A stretch of DNA of 64,000 bases from an uncultured Gemmatimonadales bacterium (GTDB lineage: Bacteria > Gemmatimonadota > Gemmatimonadetes > Gemmatimonadales > Gemmatimonadaceae). Below are positions 8,661 through 17,778 of this stretch, piece by piece. The translations under genes were made by a program, and so were the position numbers. Where the stretch lies: assembly GCA_964556695.1 (NCBI GenBank), contig CAZKXZ010000023.1, positions 1,174 to 65,173 on the forward strand, in the 5' to 3' direction. A model generated the notes under the pieces. It saw nothing but the letters and a program-made list of their open reading frames with translations, was not told the DNA's origin and searched no databases. The stretch's first letter is position 1. Every line of letters begins with the position of its first letter.

Positions 8661-11600
8661 ATGGCTTTATCTCCTGCAGCAACCGCTCCCCTTCGGCCCC
8701 TTCGCCGGCGACTGGCGTTTCCGATCACCCTGATCTTCGCGCTCGCCGCCGCGCTCTTCAACACATCGGCCGGCGCCCAGGGACGGACCGAACTGATACG
8801 AGGGCGCGTCACCGGCACCGACAGTGTCGCGATCTTCGGGGTCCGCGTCACCGTCTTCTCCTCCTACACCCAGCTTACCCGAGTCTCCAGCACCGATTCA
8901 ACGGGACGCTACACGGTCGTATTCCCCAATGGGAACGGTGACTACCTCGTCTCCTACACACTGCCCGGCTACGCAACCGTTGTCCGGCAGGTGAAGCGAG
9001 CCAACGACGAAGATCTGCTCGTTTCCGATGTCGCGATGCAGCTTGCTCCACTCCTCCTCAACCCCATTGTGGTGAGCAGTCGCGGTCTCCTCGATCGCGG
9101 CGCGGGATCGCTCCCGGATTCCACCGGCAGCTGGGACTGGATCACCGGCGCCGGACTTACACTGAGCGACATGGGCAACCTGTTCCTCATGGCCGGGCAA
9201 CTTCCAGGAGTGCGAATCGTTACCGACGACGATGGCAGAGCGATCGGTATCTCGGTATTCGGGCTGGGCTCCGACCAGAATATCGTTCTGATCGATGGCG
9301 TTGAACACAACTTCAGTGACCTTCCCACCGAGGGGATGCCAACGGCAATAATTGCGACAACAAATTCCGATCCCTCCAAGGGCGGATTCAGTGGCGCGTC
9401 GGTTTCAGTCACAACAAAGCCCGGTTCATGGCAGGTGACCCGCAGCCTCGGATTAACAGTCGACGAACCCAAATTGCAATTCAGCGACAGGCTGGGAAGA
9501 GAACTCGGCAGCGAATACAGCAATGTGCAGCTCAGCGGCGAAAGTTCCGGGCCGGTCGTGAAGGATCTGCTCACCTACAAAGGATCGCTGCAACTCGGTC
9601 AGCGCTGGAACGATCGCGCCACGATGCTGAACACTGGACCACTGGGCTTTGCAGAAGTGGGCGCTTCAATGGATTCCGTTTTTCGCTTGCGCTCCGTGAT
9701 GCAGGACGTCGGTATTCCATTGACAGCTTCCGGTATTCCGGGCTCGCAACTCTCGCGCAACGCCTCGTTGATGCTGCGCGGCGATTTCACCCCCGGCGGG
9801 CAGCACGCGCTCAATGCTACTCTCAACACATCCTTCCGTCGTGATGCGTCCGCCACCAGTCCTCTCATCGCGCCGGCGCGTGGAGGCGAGACCGATAATG
9901 CCACAGCTGCCTTGCAGGTCAATCATTCCTTCTACTTCCCGTTCAGCATTCTGAGCGAGAGCAAGGTTGCGCTGTCTTTGAACAACAGCGCTACCGACCC
10001 GTACAGCGGCCTTCCCGATGCACGGGTGCGGGTGAATTCTCTATTGTACGATGGCGAGAGAGCGGTCGCCACATTCCAGCTGGGCGGCAATTCCGCAATG
10101 CCGGTTACAACACGCAACACAAAATGGGAGTTCACCAACGGATTGTCCTGGGCAAGCAAGAACAATGCGCATCGCATCAAACTCGGTACAGAGCTCAGGT
10201 GGGATGACTTCTCCCAGACCCAGGCCACCAACAGACTGGGAACATTCAGCTTCAATTCGCTCAGCGATTTCGAGCAGGGTATCCCCAGCGACTTCCGCCG
10301 GCAGCTCACAGAATCGCACAAATGGGCCGACCTCTTCACGGCCGCGCTGTCGCTGGGCGACCAATGGCGCAAGACGAAGGACTTCAACATTCAGTACGGC
10401 TTGCGTGTCGAGATCGACCGCTACGGAGCGCGTCCACCGTACAATGCCGATGTGGAACGCGTGTTCAGCGCGCGCAACGATCACGCACCCAATGATGTTC
10501 ATGTTATTCCGCGGCTGGGTTTCACGTGGAGTTATGGCACCGCACCGCAGATCGCGGCGTTCGAAGGAGCCGCGCGCGGCCCGCGCGCGACAGTGAAAGG
10601 AACACTCGGCGAATACCGCAACACTCCAGGCAATTCACTGCTGCAATCGGCAATGGGAGCAACCGGACTTCCCGACGGCATCGCAATCCTGAGTTGCGGT
10701 GGAGATGCCGCGCCATTGCCCGACTGGCAATCGTATGCAGCCGATGCTGCGACCATACCGGAACAGTGCGCAGATGGAACGGGAGGAACTGTATTCGCCG
10801 AACGACAGCCTGCGGTGTTGTTGTTCGGGCGCGACTATCAGCCCCAGCGCAGCTGGCGCGCGGACCTGGGCTGGTCCGGGACTGCACTGCGTCGCTACAA
10901 GTTTTCCGCCACCGGGCTGGTATCGCTGGATCGCGCGCAGACGGGCAGCATCGATCTGAATTTCAGAGATGCTGAAAGATTTCCACTTTCTCTGGAGCAG
11001 AACCGTCCGGTATATGTGGAGGCAACGAGCATCTCTGCGCGATCGGGTTCTGTGGCCACGAAGGACTCGCGACTATCGACGGACTTCGCGAAGGTCACCG
11101 AGCGGCGTTCCGATCTCAAGTCGGCGACAGTGCAGCTCAACACGTCCATCAGCCCGGTGGTTGTCTCACCTCGTGGCGTGCGCTGGTCGCTGAACTACGT
11201 GTATTCGAGAATGGAGGAGTACTCCAGAGGCTTTGGATCTTCAACTGCGTCGAACCCATTGTTGCGCGACTGGGAACGCGGGAGGGGACCGGATCACCAG
11301 ATAAGCGCGTCGCTCAACTACGACCTGTTCGGATTCAAGTTGGGTCTGGCGGCCAGGGTGACATCGGGAGTGAGGTATACGCCGATGATTCGCGGCGATG
11401 TGAATGGCGACGGGGAGAGCAACGACCGCGCAATGGTATTCGCACCGCAATTCACCGGCGACACTGCGATCGCTTCGGGGATGCGCTCACTTCTGGATCA
11501 CGGACCCTCCGGGGCCCGCGCCTGCCTGCAGCGGCAACTCGGCAACATCGCGCGCAGCAACAGTTGCACGGGGCCATGGTCCTCTGTGATGAATCTGTCC

Positions 11601-12326
11601 GTTGCGCTCGATCCGATGAAGTTTGTTCTACCCGGTCGCACCACGGTGCAGATGACCGTCGGTAACGCAATGACCGGAATGGATCTTCTGCTTTCGGGTA
11701 AGGCGAACGAGCGCGTATGGGGACAACGGCACAGTGCCCCGGATGCAACGCTGCTCTACGTCCGCGGTTTTGATCCTGACGGCCGCAAGTTCATCTATGA
11801 AGTGAATCCGCTGTTCGGTAGTACGCGACTGTCGCGCGCGGGGCAGGCCAGGCCCTTTGTGCTCACTCTCCGTGTTTCCACGGACCTGAGCCCGCCGCTG
11901 GCCAAGCAACAGTTACGGCGTGAACTGGCCACCTGGCAGAGCGCAAATGCGCGGCGTCCCTCTGAGGCGGCGCTGAAGCGCCAGTACACACAGCCGTTCA
12001 CCACGATGTTCGAATCCATCCTTCGCCAGAAAGACACGTTGCGTCTCACTTCTGCACAGGCAGGTTCGATAGCCGCAACGACAGCCGGGTATGTCGCGCG
12101 CATTGACTCTCTCTGGGCTCCATTTGCGCGCGAGATGGCTTCCGCGACGGCGCCGCGCGTTGAGGAAGTGCATAACCGGATGCAACAGTTACGACGCACG
12201 TCGTACGAATGGATGTCAGTACAGGCGCAGGCGGTGAAGGCTTTGCTGACGAGCGAGCAGTTCAATCGGCTGCCGCAGTCGTATGGTGTGTACTTCGACG
12301 AGAGGGCGATGCGCCGCATGCGGTGA
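8661..12326 (+). CDS. Large outer-membrane TonB-dependent-receptor-like protein with N-terminal carboxypeptidase-regulatory-like domain
   Basis: Signal peptide. GRVTGTDSVAIFGVRVTVFSS...STDSTGRYTVVFPNGNGDYLVSYTLPGYATV is CarboxypepD_reg-like. A long beta-rich body follows. The C-terminal 144 aa is helical with two LTXXQ motifs. Confidence 0.75.
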   Translation: MALSPAATAPLRPLRRRLAFPITLIFALAAALFNTSAGAQGRTELIRGRVTGTDSVAIFGVRVTVFSSYTQLTRVSSTDSTGRYTVVFPNGNGDYLVSYTLPGYATVVRQVKRANDEDLLVSDVAMQLAPLLLNPIVVSSRGLLDRGAGSLPDSTGSWDWITGAGLTLSDMGNLFLMAGQLPGVRIVTDDDGRAIGISVFGLGSDQNIVLIDGVEHNFSDLPTEGMPTAIIATTNSDPSKGGFSGASVSVTTKPGSWQVTRSLGLTVDEPKLQFSDRLGRELGSEYSNVQLSGESSGPVVKDLLTYKGSLQLGQRWNDRATMLNTGPLGFAEVGASMDSVFRLRSVMQDVGIPLTASGIPGSQLSRNASLMLRGDFTPGGQHALNATLNTSFRRDASATSPLIAPARGGETDNATAALQVNHSFYFPFSILSESKVALSLNNSATDPYSGLPDARVRVNSLLYDGERAVATFQLGGNSAMPVTTRNTKWEFTNGLSWASKNNAHRIKLGTELRWDDFSQTQATNRLGTFSFNSLSDFEQGIPSDFRRQLTESHKWADLFTAALSLGDQWRKTKDFNIQYGLRVEIDRYGARPPYNADVERVFSARNDHAPNDVHVIPRLGFTWSYGTAPQIAAFEGAARGPRATVKGTLGEYRNTPGNSLLQSAMGATGLPDGIAILSCGGDAAPLPDWQSYAADAATIPEQCADGTGGTVFAERQPAVLLFGRDYQPQRSWRADLGWSGTALRRYKFSATGLVSLDRAQTGSIDLNFRDAERFPLSLEQNRPVYVEATSISARSGSVATKDSRLSTDFAKVTERRSDLKSATVQLNTSISPVVVSPRGVRWSLNYVYSRMEEYSRGFGSSTASNPLLRDWERGRGPDHQISASLNYDLFGFKLGLAARVTSGVRYTPMIRGDVNGDGESNDRAMVFAPQFTGDTAIASGMRSLLDHGPSGARACLQRQLGNIARSNSCTGPWSSVMNLSVALDPMKFVLPGRTTVQMTVGNAMTGMDLLLSGKANERVWGQRHSAPDATLLYVRGFDPDGRKFIYEVNPLFGSTRLSRAGQARPFVLTLRVSTDLSPPLAKQQLRRELATWQSANARRPSEAALKRQYTQPFTTMFESILRQKDTLRLTSAQAGSIAATTAGYVARIDSLWAPFAREMASATAPRVEEVHNRMQQLRRTSYEWMSVQAQAVKALLTSEQFNRLPQSYGVYFDERAMRRMR

Positions 12327-12357
12327 ATTGCAGGCGCCCCCGTATCATGCGCGTTCG

Positions 12358-13617
12358 TCAGTCCTTATACGGGTCGTGCTCGTCAGCGCCCGCCATCACA
12401 ACAACCAGCGGCCTCAAAGTGTGAATGACCTTGACGGTGCCGCCTTGAGCTTCGATCACTTGCGGCAAGCGTCGATATGCCTGCGGCGCTTCGTCGGTTC
12501 CGCCGCCGCGCAGCACGACTCCCTTTTCATTCAGCCAGTCTCTCATCATCTCATTGGAGATGAGTCCCGGGGCGATCACGCGCGCCTTCGGACCCCAGCC
12601 TTTCATCTTGCCGCGCGCCTGAGTGCGCGACATCACCCGTCCCGCCCCGTGCACGGTGGAATAAAGCGCCTGCGCCGACAGATCTGAGTCCACGCCTTCA
12701 ACAATGACTGCATCGTCGCCCATCGAGCCGCCGACGAAGCCGCGCTGCCCGGGAAATGCCGGCGTCGCACCCTTGCGCACTACAATCAAGTCCTCGCCGT
12801 CGTGGGTTTCTCTCCACGCATAGTTATGGTGATTGTGAATGAGCTCCAGCTCCTCACCGCCGAGTATTGATACGACTTTTCGTGCAACCCACTCACGCCC
12901 CGTGTAAGCGTAACGTCCCGCGAGACTCATCAGCTGCCAGTATGCATCGCCGAGCGGCGTGTCGAGATTCAGAAGCGTCTCCCGCTCCGTTACGCGCGTG
13001 CCCCATTTCTCATTCGCCGCGAGCGACAGCATACCGGATGCCACGGTGTGACCGAAGCCGCGCGATCCGAAGTGCACACCCACCCAGACGCGACTCAGCT
13101 CATCAACGAATACATCTACATAATGATTGCCACTGCCAACTGTGCCGAGTTGCGCGCGGGCCTTGTTCTTCAGTTCCTGCGCTTTGGCATCGGCGGGCAG
13201 CGCGTCCCATGCGGGATCATCGAACAGCGGATCGTCGACGGGTGCATCATCCTGCTCATTCTTCCGGCCCATTCCGAATGAGATGGTGTTTGCAATCTCG
13301 TCAGCCAGCTCGCCGAGTGTGGTGCGAGTGGCCTTGCTCGAAAAATCGGCGAGGTCTCCAGCGAGGAGGTCAGTTCGGATCGCAGCATTGCCGCACGCGA
13401 TATCGAATCCGACGCCCACCACCGATGCCTGGTTTCTGTACGCAGCGACTCCACCAATGGGCATCACATATCCGAGGTGACCGTCGGCCATGAGGGCCGC
13501 TCGTTCCGCTCGTGATGCGACATCGGCGAGCTGCACGAGCGTTTTTTCGTCGTGCGTACCGAAAATCAGCGGCGCTCGTGCGGAATCGGGCCTTTGGCCC
13601 ATTTCTGAATCGTGCAC
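12358..13617 (-). CDS. rtcB: RNA-splicing ligase RtcB
   Basis: GHLGYVMPIGGVAAY, GFDIACGN, GSGNHY, HFGSRGFGH, HNHHNYAW, GSMG and HGAGR are the canonical RtcB metal/GMP-site motifs. Confidence 0.9.
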   Translation of the reverse strand: MHDSEMGQRPDSARAPLIFGTHDEKTLVQLADVASRAERAALMADGHLGYVMPIGGVAAYRNQASVVGVGFDIACGNAAIRTDLLAGDLADFSSKATRTTLGELADEIANTISFGMGRKNEQDDAPVDDPLFDDPAWDALPADAKAQELKNKARAQLGTVGSGNHYVDVFVDELSRVWVGVHFGSRGFGHTVASGMLSLAANEKWGTRVTERETLLNLDTPLGDAYWQLMSLAGRYAYTGREWVARKVVSILGGEELELIHNHHNYAWRETHDGEDLIVVRKGATPAFPGQRGFVGGSMGDDAVIVEGVDSDLSAQALYSTVHGAGRVMSRTQARGKMKGWGPKARVIAPGLISNEMMRDWLNEKGVVLRGGGTDEAPQAYRRLPQVIEAQGGTVKVIHTLRPLVVVMAGADEHDPYKD

Positions 13618-13794
13618 TATGAATTCCTCACCTGATCTGCGGGCCGCCTTCCGTTCGTCGGAAAGCTAAGCTGCGGTACACTGGTATTACCCCTGATCGT
13701 GCAACAAGGAGTTGTACAACTCGCCGCGCTCGGTTCCATTCGCTGACGCCAAACTGACGCTACGGTCCATACTATCTGTTGCCAGCGCCCTCAG

Positions 13795-14550
13795 TTGACA
13801 CTGCCATCAAGAGATGCAAGATTGAACATTCATATTATCCCCCCAGATCCTTCGGGAACTGGGCGCGAGGCCGCCGAAGGGCGGCCTCTGCATTTTAAGC
13901 CCCCTCCGTTGGACACGCGCACCATCGTCTACGTCGATGGGTTCAACCTCTACTACGGTTGCCTTCGAGGGACACCCTATCGATGGCTCGATTTGAATGC
14001 GCTCTGTCGCGCATTGCTTCCCAAGAATGACATTGTTGCCATCAAGTATTTCACGGCAAAGGTCGCGGCCCGACCGGGGGATCCGGACCAACCCAACCGT
14101 CAGATGACGTATCTGAGAGCGCTGCGAACAATTCCACATCTAGAAATCCATCTCGGTCACTTCTTGTCACACGTAGTCTCGATGCCGCAGCCAATTCCGC
14201 GTGGGGCGCCGAGGGACGCCAAGCCGACGTATGTCCAAGTGGTAAAGACAGAAGAGAAGGGTTCTGACGTTAATCTCGCAACACATCTTCTGGTTGATGC
14301 TTTCGGGAACCAGTTCGACGTCGCCGCGATCATTACCAACGATTCGGATTTAGCGGAGCCAGTGCGTGTGGTGAGTAGTCGATTGAAGAAATCGGTCGGG
14401 ATTATTTGCCCACGTGAGCAAGTGTCAGCCACACTTCGCGGATGTGCGACATTCATCAAGAAGATCCGCCGAGGCGCACTCCGAACGAGCCAGTTTCCGC
14501 TTGAGGTCAAGGACCGCGGTGGCAGCTTCCGAAAACCAGCAATGTGGTAG
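13795..14550 (+). CDS. NYN (LabA/PIN-like) domain-containing putative ribonuclease
   Basis: VYVDGFNLYYG, YFTA, EEKGSDVNLATHLLVDA and AAIITNDSDLAEP are NYN signatures. Start uncertain: no in-frame ATG near the 5' end. Candidate TTG starts at 13795, 13822 and 13909. A strong hairpin sits at 13868..13890. Confidence 0.7.
   Translation: MTLPSRDARLNIHIIPPDPSGTGREAAEGRPLHFKPPPLDTRTIVYVDGFNLYYGCLRGTPYRWLDLNALCRALLPKNDIVAIKYFTAKVAARPGDPDQPNRQMTYLRALRTIPHLEIHLGHFLSHVVSMPQPIPRGAPRDAKPTYVQVVKTEEKGSDVNLATHLLVDAFGNQFDVAAIITNDSDLAEPVRVVSSRLKKSVGIICPREQVSATLRGCATFIKKIRRGALRTSQFPLEVKDRGGSFRKPAMW
13868..13890 (+). other. GC-rich stem-loop in the 5' region of the NYN ORF
   Basis: GAGGCCGCC-GAAG-GGCGGCCTC, a perfect 9-bp stem with a GAAG loop, followed by TGCATTTTAAG. 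Confidence 0.5.
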
Positions 14551-14608
14551 TGCATGCACCGCATTTGAGCCCGAAAAATGCATTGTCCTGACGGCAGGAG
14601 GATATTCC

Positions 14609-14899
14609 ATGAGTCAGGACGACAATTCGCGCGCTCCCGAGCCGCTGCCTACTGAGCCAGACCCTGTTCCAATGCCCGAGGCGCCACCGGTGCCCTGGCA
14701 TGATCCGGGTCCGCCGGTGAGGAAGGTGAACCTTCCACCTAACGAGCCAACTCCTGGAATTCCCATGGATCCGCCACCTGACAGATCCTATGGCAGCCAT
14801 CCCAGCAGCGACGCCCATGCATGGCGAACGCGAACAACAAGCGTTCTGTTTGTTCCCCAGGCTGCAGAACACAACGTGCGTTTCCGTCGCGCGCGTTGA
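14609..14899 (+). CDS. Small proline-rich hypothetical protein
   Basis: ATG 14609 preceded by GGCAGGAGGATATTCC (good SD). MSQDDNSRAPEPLPTEPDPVPMPEAPPVPWHDPGPPV. No recognisable family. The C-terminal part is compositionally odd. Confidence 0.4.
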   Translation: MSQDDNSRAPEPLPTEPDPVPMPEAPPVPWHDPGPPVRKVNLPPNEPTPGIPMDPPPDRSYGSHPSSDAHAWRTRTTSVLFVPQAAEHNVRFRRAR

Positions 14900-14909
14900 T
14901 CTAACGCAG

Positions 14910-14945
14910 GAACGACACTGGATTCCTGCTTCGCGGGAATGACGG
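14910..14945. repeat. REP-like palindromic unit, copy B
   Basis: GAACGACACTGGATTCCTGCTTCGCGGGAATGACGG, one mismatch to copy A. Lies between convergent stops (14899 and 14949). Confidence 0.85.
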
Positions 14946-14948
14946 TGG

Positions 14949-16859
14949 CTATCTGTAGCCGGCGGCCTGTAGCTCGAACAGCTCCGCGTATTTCCCCTTC
15001 TGCGCCCGCAATTCCTCGTGCGTGCCGACCGCTTCCACTTCGCCGTCTGCAAGAACGAGAATACGGTCGGCCATGCGCACACTTGAGAACCGGTGTGAAA
15101 TGAGCACGGCACTCCGCCCCTCGCTCAACTCCTTGAAACGCTGAAACACCTCGAACTCGGCACGCGCGTCGAGCGAGGCGGTGGGCTCATCCAGCACGAG
15201 TACCTGCGCATCACGCATGTATGCGCGCGCCAGCGCGATCTTCTGCCATTCACCGCCCGACAAATCGACCCCGGTGCGAAAGCGTTTGCCGATTACCTGA
15301 TCGTATTTGCCAGGCAATTTCTCGATCACCTGATCCGCGAGGCTGCGACGCGCGGCAGCTTCAATTCGCGCGCGATCATTGATCGCATCAATGCGTCCCA
15401 CCGCAATATTCTCCGCCGCTGTCATATGGTATCGCACGAAATCCTGGAAGATCACGCCCATGTTGGCGCGCAATTCATTCAGATCGTACTCGCGCAGATC
15501 GCGACCGTCGAGAAGAATTCTTCCTTCGTCGGGATCATACAGTCGCGTGAGCAATTTCACGACAGTCGTCTTACCTGCGCCATTCTCGCCCACCAATGCG
15601 AGCACTTCACCGGCGCGTAACTCGAACGCGAGGTGTCGCACCGCCCAGCGTTCAGCGCCGGGATAGCGAAATCCAACATCCTGAAACTCGAACCCCTTCA
15701 TGATAGGCATGGGGAAGGGCGCTGGATTTTCGGGCGAACGGATCTCAGGCCTGATCTGGAAGAATGAAAAGAGATCGTCGAGGTACAGGGCCTGTCCTGC
15801 CAATTGCGAAAATCCAATGAGCATGTTCTCGAGCAGATTGCGCAGACGCCGAAACGATCCAGCGAGAAAGGTAAGGTCACCGATCGTGAACTGACCGGCC
15901 AGAGTGCGCCACGCGATGAACGCATACGCGACGTAGTATCCGAGCGTTCCTATTGCCGTGAGAATGCTCCCCCACGAGGCGCGACGGATAGCCAGGCGTT
16001 TGTTGCCGAGGTAGAAATCGCTGGACAGGCGGCGATAACGTTCGATGAGAAATGCGTTGAGCCCGAAGATCTTCACTTCCTTCGCCGTCTCGACGCTGGC
16101 ACCAGTCTGCCGCACATAATCCATTTCACGCCGTTCGGGTGTGCGCGAGTAGCTCAGTGAATAGCTCTGTGCGTTGAAGTGCGCTTCGCCGAGGAAGGCG
16201 GGAACCAGTGCAATGAGAAGAAGGACTATCAGCCAGGGCGCGTAGACCATGAGCCCCAGCGCAAACGAAAGAATGGTGACGCTGTCCTGCGCCTGGCCAA
16301 ATATCTGGCTCATGAGAGCAGATCGCCCTGTCGTCTGACGCCGCGCGCGCTCGAGTTGATCCTGCAGCTCGCTGTCCTCGAAGTCTTCAAGATCGAGAGT
16401 AGCAGCGTGCTCCATCAACTGGATGCTGGTGATGTTGGTGAACTTTTCCGACAGAAGAGAATCCAATAGCGAAACGAGCCGACCGAGTACGTCAGCGAGG
16501 ACTGCGAGCGCGAGCTCGATTATCAGCAGAGTGATGAGGTGCGAGGACAGCCCACTGCTGATCCAGTCCGTGAGAGTGCCCGGAGGTGACGGCAACTGAA
16601 CCAGGCGAAGTACTTCATCGATTATCAGTTTGCCGACGTACAAGGTGGCGACCGGTAGCAGAGCGCGCAGCAGTCGCAGGATGAGTGTGGAGATTGTGAG
16701 TGGGGGGCTGGTGCGCCAGACCAGTTTGAGAAATGGCGGGAGGTTCCGCATTGCGCTGAATCGTTCGCGCATCGGCAATTTGCGCGGTGGCTCCCCACGC
16801 AATGGCGGCGACATTCCGGGCGCGGTGCGACCACCCATATTGTATTGTTTACGCGGCAT
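14949..16859 (-). CDS. ABC transporter, fused permease/ATP-binding protein (exporter type)
   Basis: N-terminal TM domain. Walker A GENGAGKTT, signature LSGGEWQ, Walker B LVLDEPT. Start placed at ATG 16859 (MPRKQYN) inside the longer ORF 14949..16982. Confidence 0.9.
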   Translation of the reverse strand: MPRKQYNMGGRTAPGMSPPLRGEPPRKLPMRERFSAMRNLPPFLKLVWRTSPPLTISTLILRLLRALLPVATLYVGKLIIDEVLRLVQLPSPPGTLTDWISSGLSSHLITLLIIELALAVLADVLGRLVSLLDSLLSEKFTNITSIQLMEHAATLDLEDFEDSELQDQLERARRQTTGRSALMSQIFGQAQDSVTILSFALGLMVYAPWLIVLLLIALVPAFLGEAHFNAQSYSLSYSRTPERREMDYVRQTGASVETAKEVKIFGLNAFLIERYRRLSSDFYLGNKRLAIRRASWGSILTAIGTLGYYVAYAFIAWRTLAGQFTIGDLTFLAGSFRRLRNLLENMLIGFSQLAGQALYLDDLFSFFQIRPEIRSPENPAPFPMPIMKGFEFQDVGFRYPGAERWAVRHLAFELRAGEVLALVGENGAGKTTVVKLLTRLYDPDEGRILLDGRDLREYDLNELRANMGVIFQDFVRYHMTAAENIAVGRIDAINDRARIEAAARRSLADQVIEKLPGKYDQVIGKRFRTGVDLSGGEWQKIALARAYMRDAQVLVLDEPTASLDARAEFEVFQRFKELSEGRSAVLISHRFSSVRMADRILVLADGEVEAVGTHEELRAQKGKYAELFELQAAGYR

Positions 16860-17047
16860 TTGACTTTGCGCCTCCTTGGCCTCAGATCCCGCAGGTACTG
16901 CCGATTGCATAACCGTCGGGGCGGTCAAACTATCTTGCTCTTCTTCTGTGCAATGGGTCGGCCACCCGGGCACTGCCCCCATACGTGCCCACCGAACCAG
17001 CTCGTGAGTAATGTGTGGGCGCCAGCCTTGCCAAAGCGAAGGACGGC

Positions 17048-17070
17048 GGACGACAGTGGATTCCCGCTTT
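17048..17070. repeat. REP-like unit, truncated half copy C
   Basis: GGACGACAGTGGATTCCCGCTTTC matches the left half of copies A and B. The right arm is missing. Confidence 0.5.
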
Positions 17071-17103
17071 CAGTATGTTGTTTGCACCCTCGGATAGGGA
17101 ATC

Positions 17104-17631
17104 GTGAGAATCAACTTTTTTATCACGAACCGGTCACAGCACCCTTCGCGTGCGCAGCACTGGATCGCAACGTTGCTGGCGCCACTCATCATGATACTCG
17201 GCGCGTACCTCTCAGCGCTTGTGGGGTTGCTCGTGCTGTTTGAAGGCGGAGGATTCCTCCAGGCAATCCGGATCGATGATTGGCCGCTCTCCCTCGGCAT
17301 GGTCCCCTACATCATCTACTTACTTACGCCGCTGCCAATGGCGTTCGCAATCATGACCTTCACCTCAACAAAGTTGCTCCAGGCGCAGCAAGTCGAGCGT
17401 CCCGGGCTCTGGCATCACCTTTGGTACTGCGCGCCCTTCTATATGGTATTCCTATGGGTGCTGCGCCTTTGGATCCTGTGCCCGGGTGAAAATGACTCGG
17501 GGCCCTCTCCCAGTCAGTGCGCCGATCCCTTCGGCACGTCACTGGTCTCTGGACTTGTCAGCCTTGGTGCAATCCTCGCGAACGGCGCGGCCATCATACG
17601 CAAGCGCAGGACAGGGGCAGCAGCGCGATAG
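17104..17631 (+). CDS. Hypothetical integral membrane protein
   Basis: About four hydrophobic segments (IATLLAPLIMILGAYLSALVGLLVLF, MVPYIIYLLTPLPMAFAIMTF, YCAPFYMVFLWVLRLWIL, LVSGLVSLGAILANGAAII). No family recognised. Confidence 0.5.
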   Translation: MRINFFITNRSQHPSRAQHWIATLLAPLIMILGAYLSALVGLLVLFEGGGFLQAIRIDDWPLSLGMVPYIIYLLTPLPMAFAIMTFTSTKLLQAQQVERPGLWHHLWYCAPFYMVFLWVLRLWILCPGENDSGPSPSQCADPFGTSLVSGLVSLGAILANGAAIIRKRRTGAAAR

Positions 17632-17778
17632 TCAGTCGCAGCACCGCCCCACGATTCCTGCACGGCTCTCCTCGCATTTTCCCCCGCGCAGAGCACCCCG
17701 GACCCTGCCGCAATTTTCGGGTGCGGTTATTATCAATCTGATCCATCGACGCACAAATCACGCGAGGAAAAAGTCCAT

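Noticed and set aside
13618-13794. Looked for a sigma54 promoter (TGGCAC-N5-TTGC) or an RtcR-type upstream element in front of rtcB.
   Set aside because: No convincing match on either strand. Only a 10-bp palindrome GTTGTACAAC of unknown meaning was seen.
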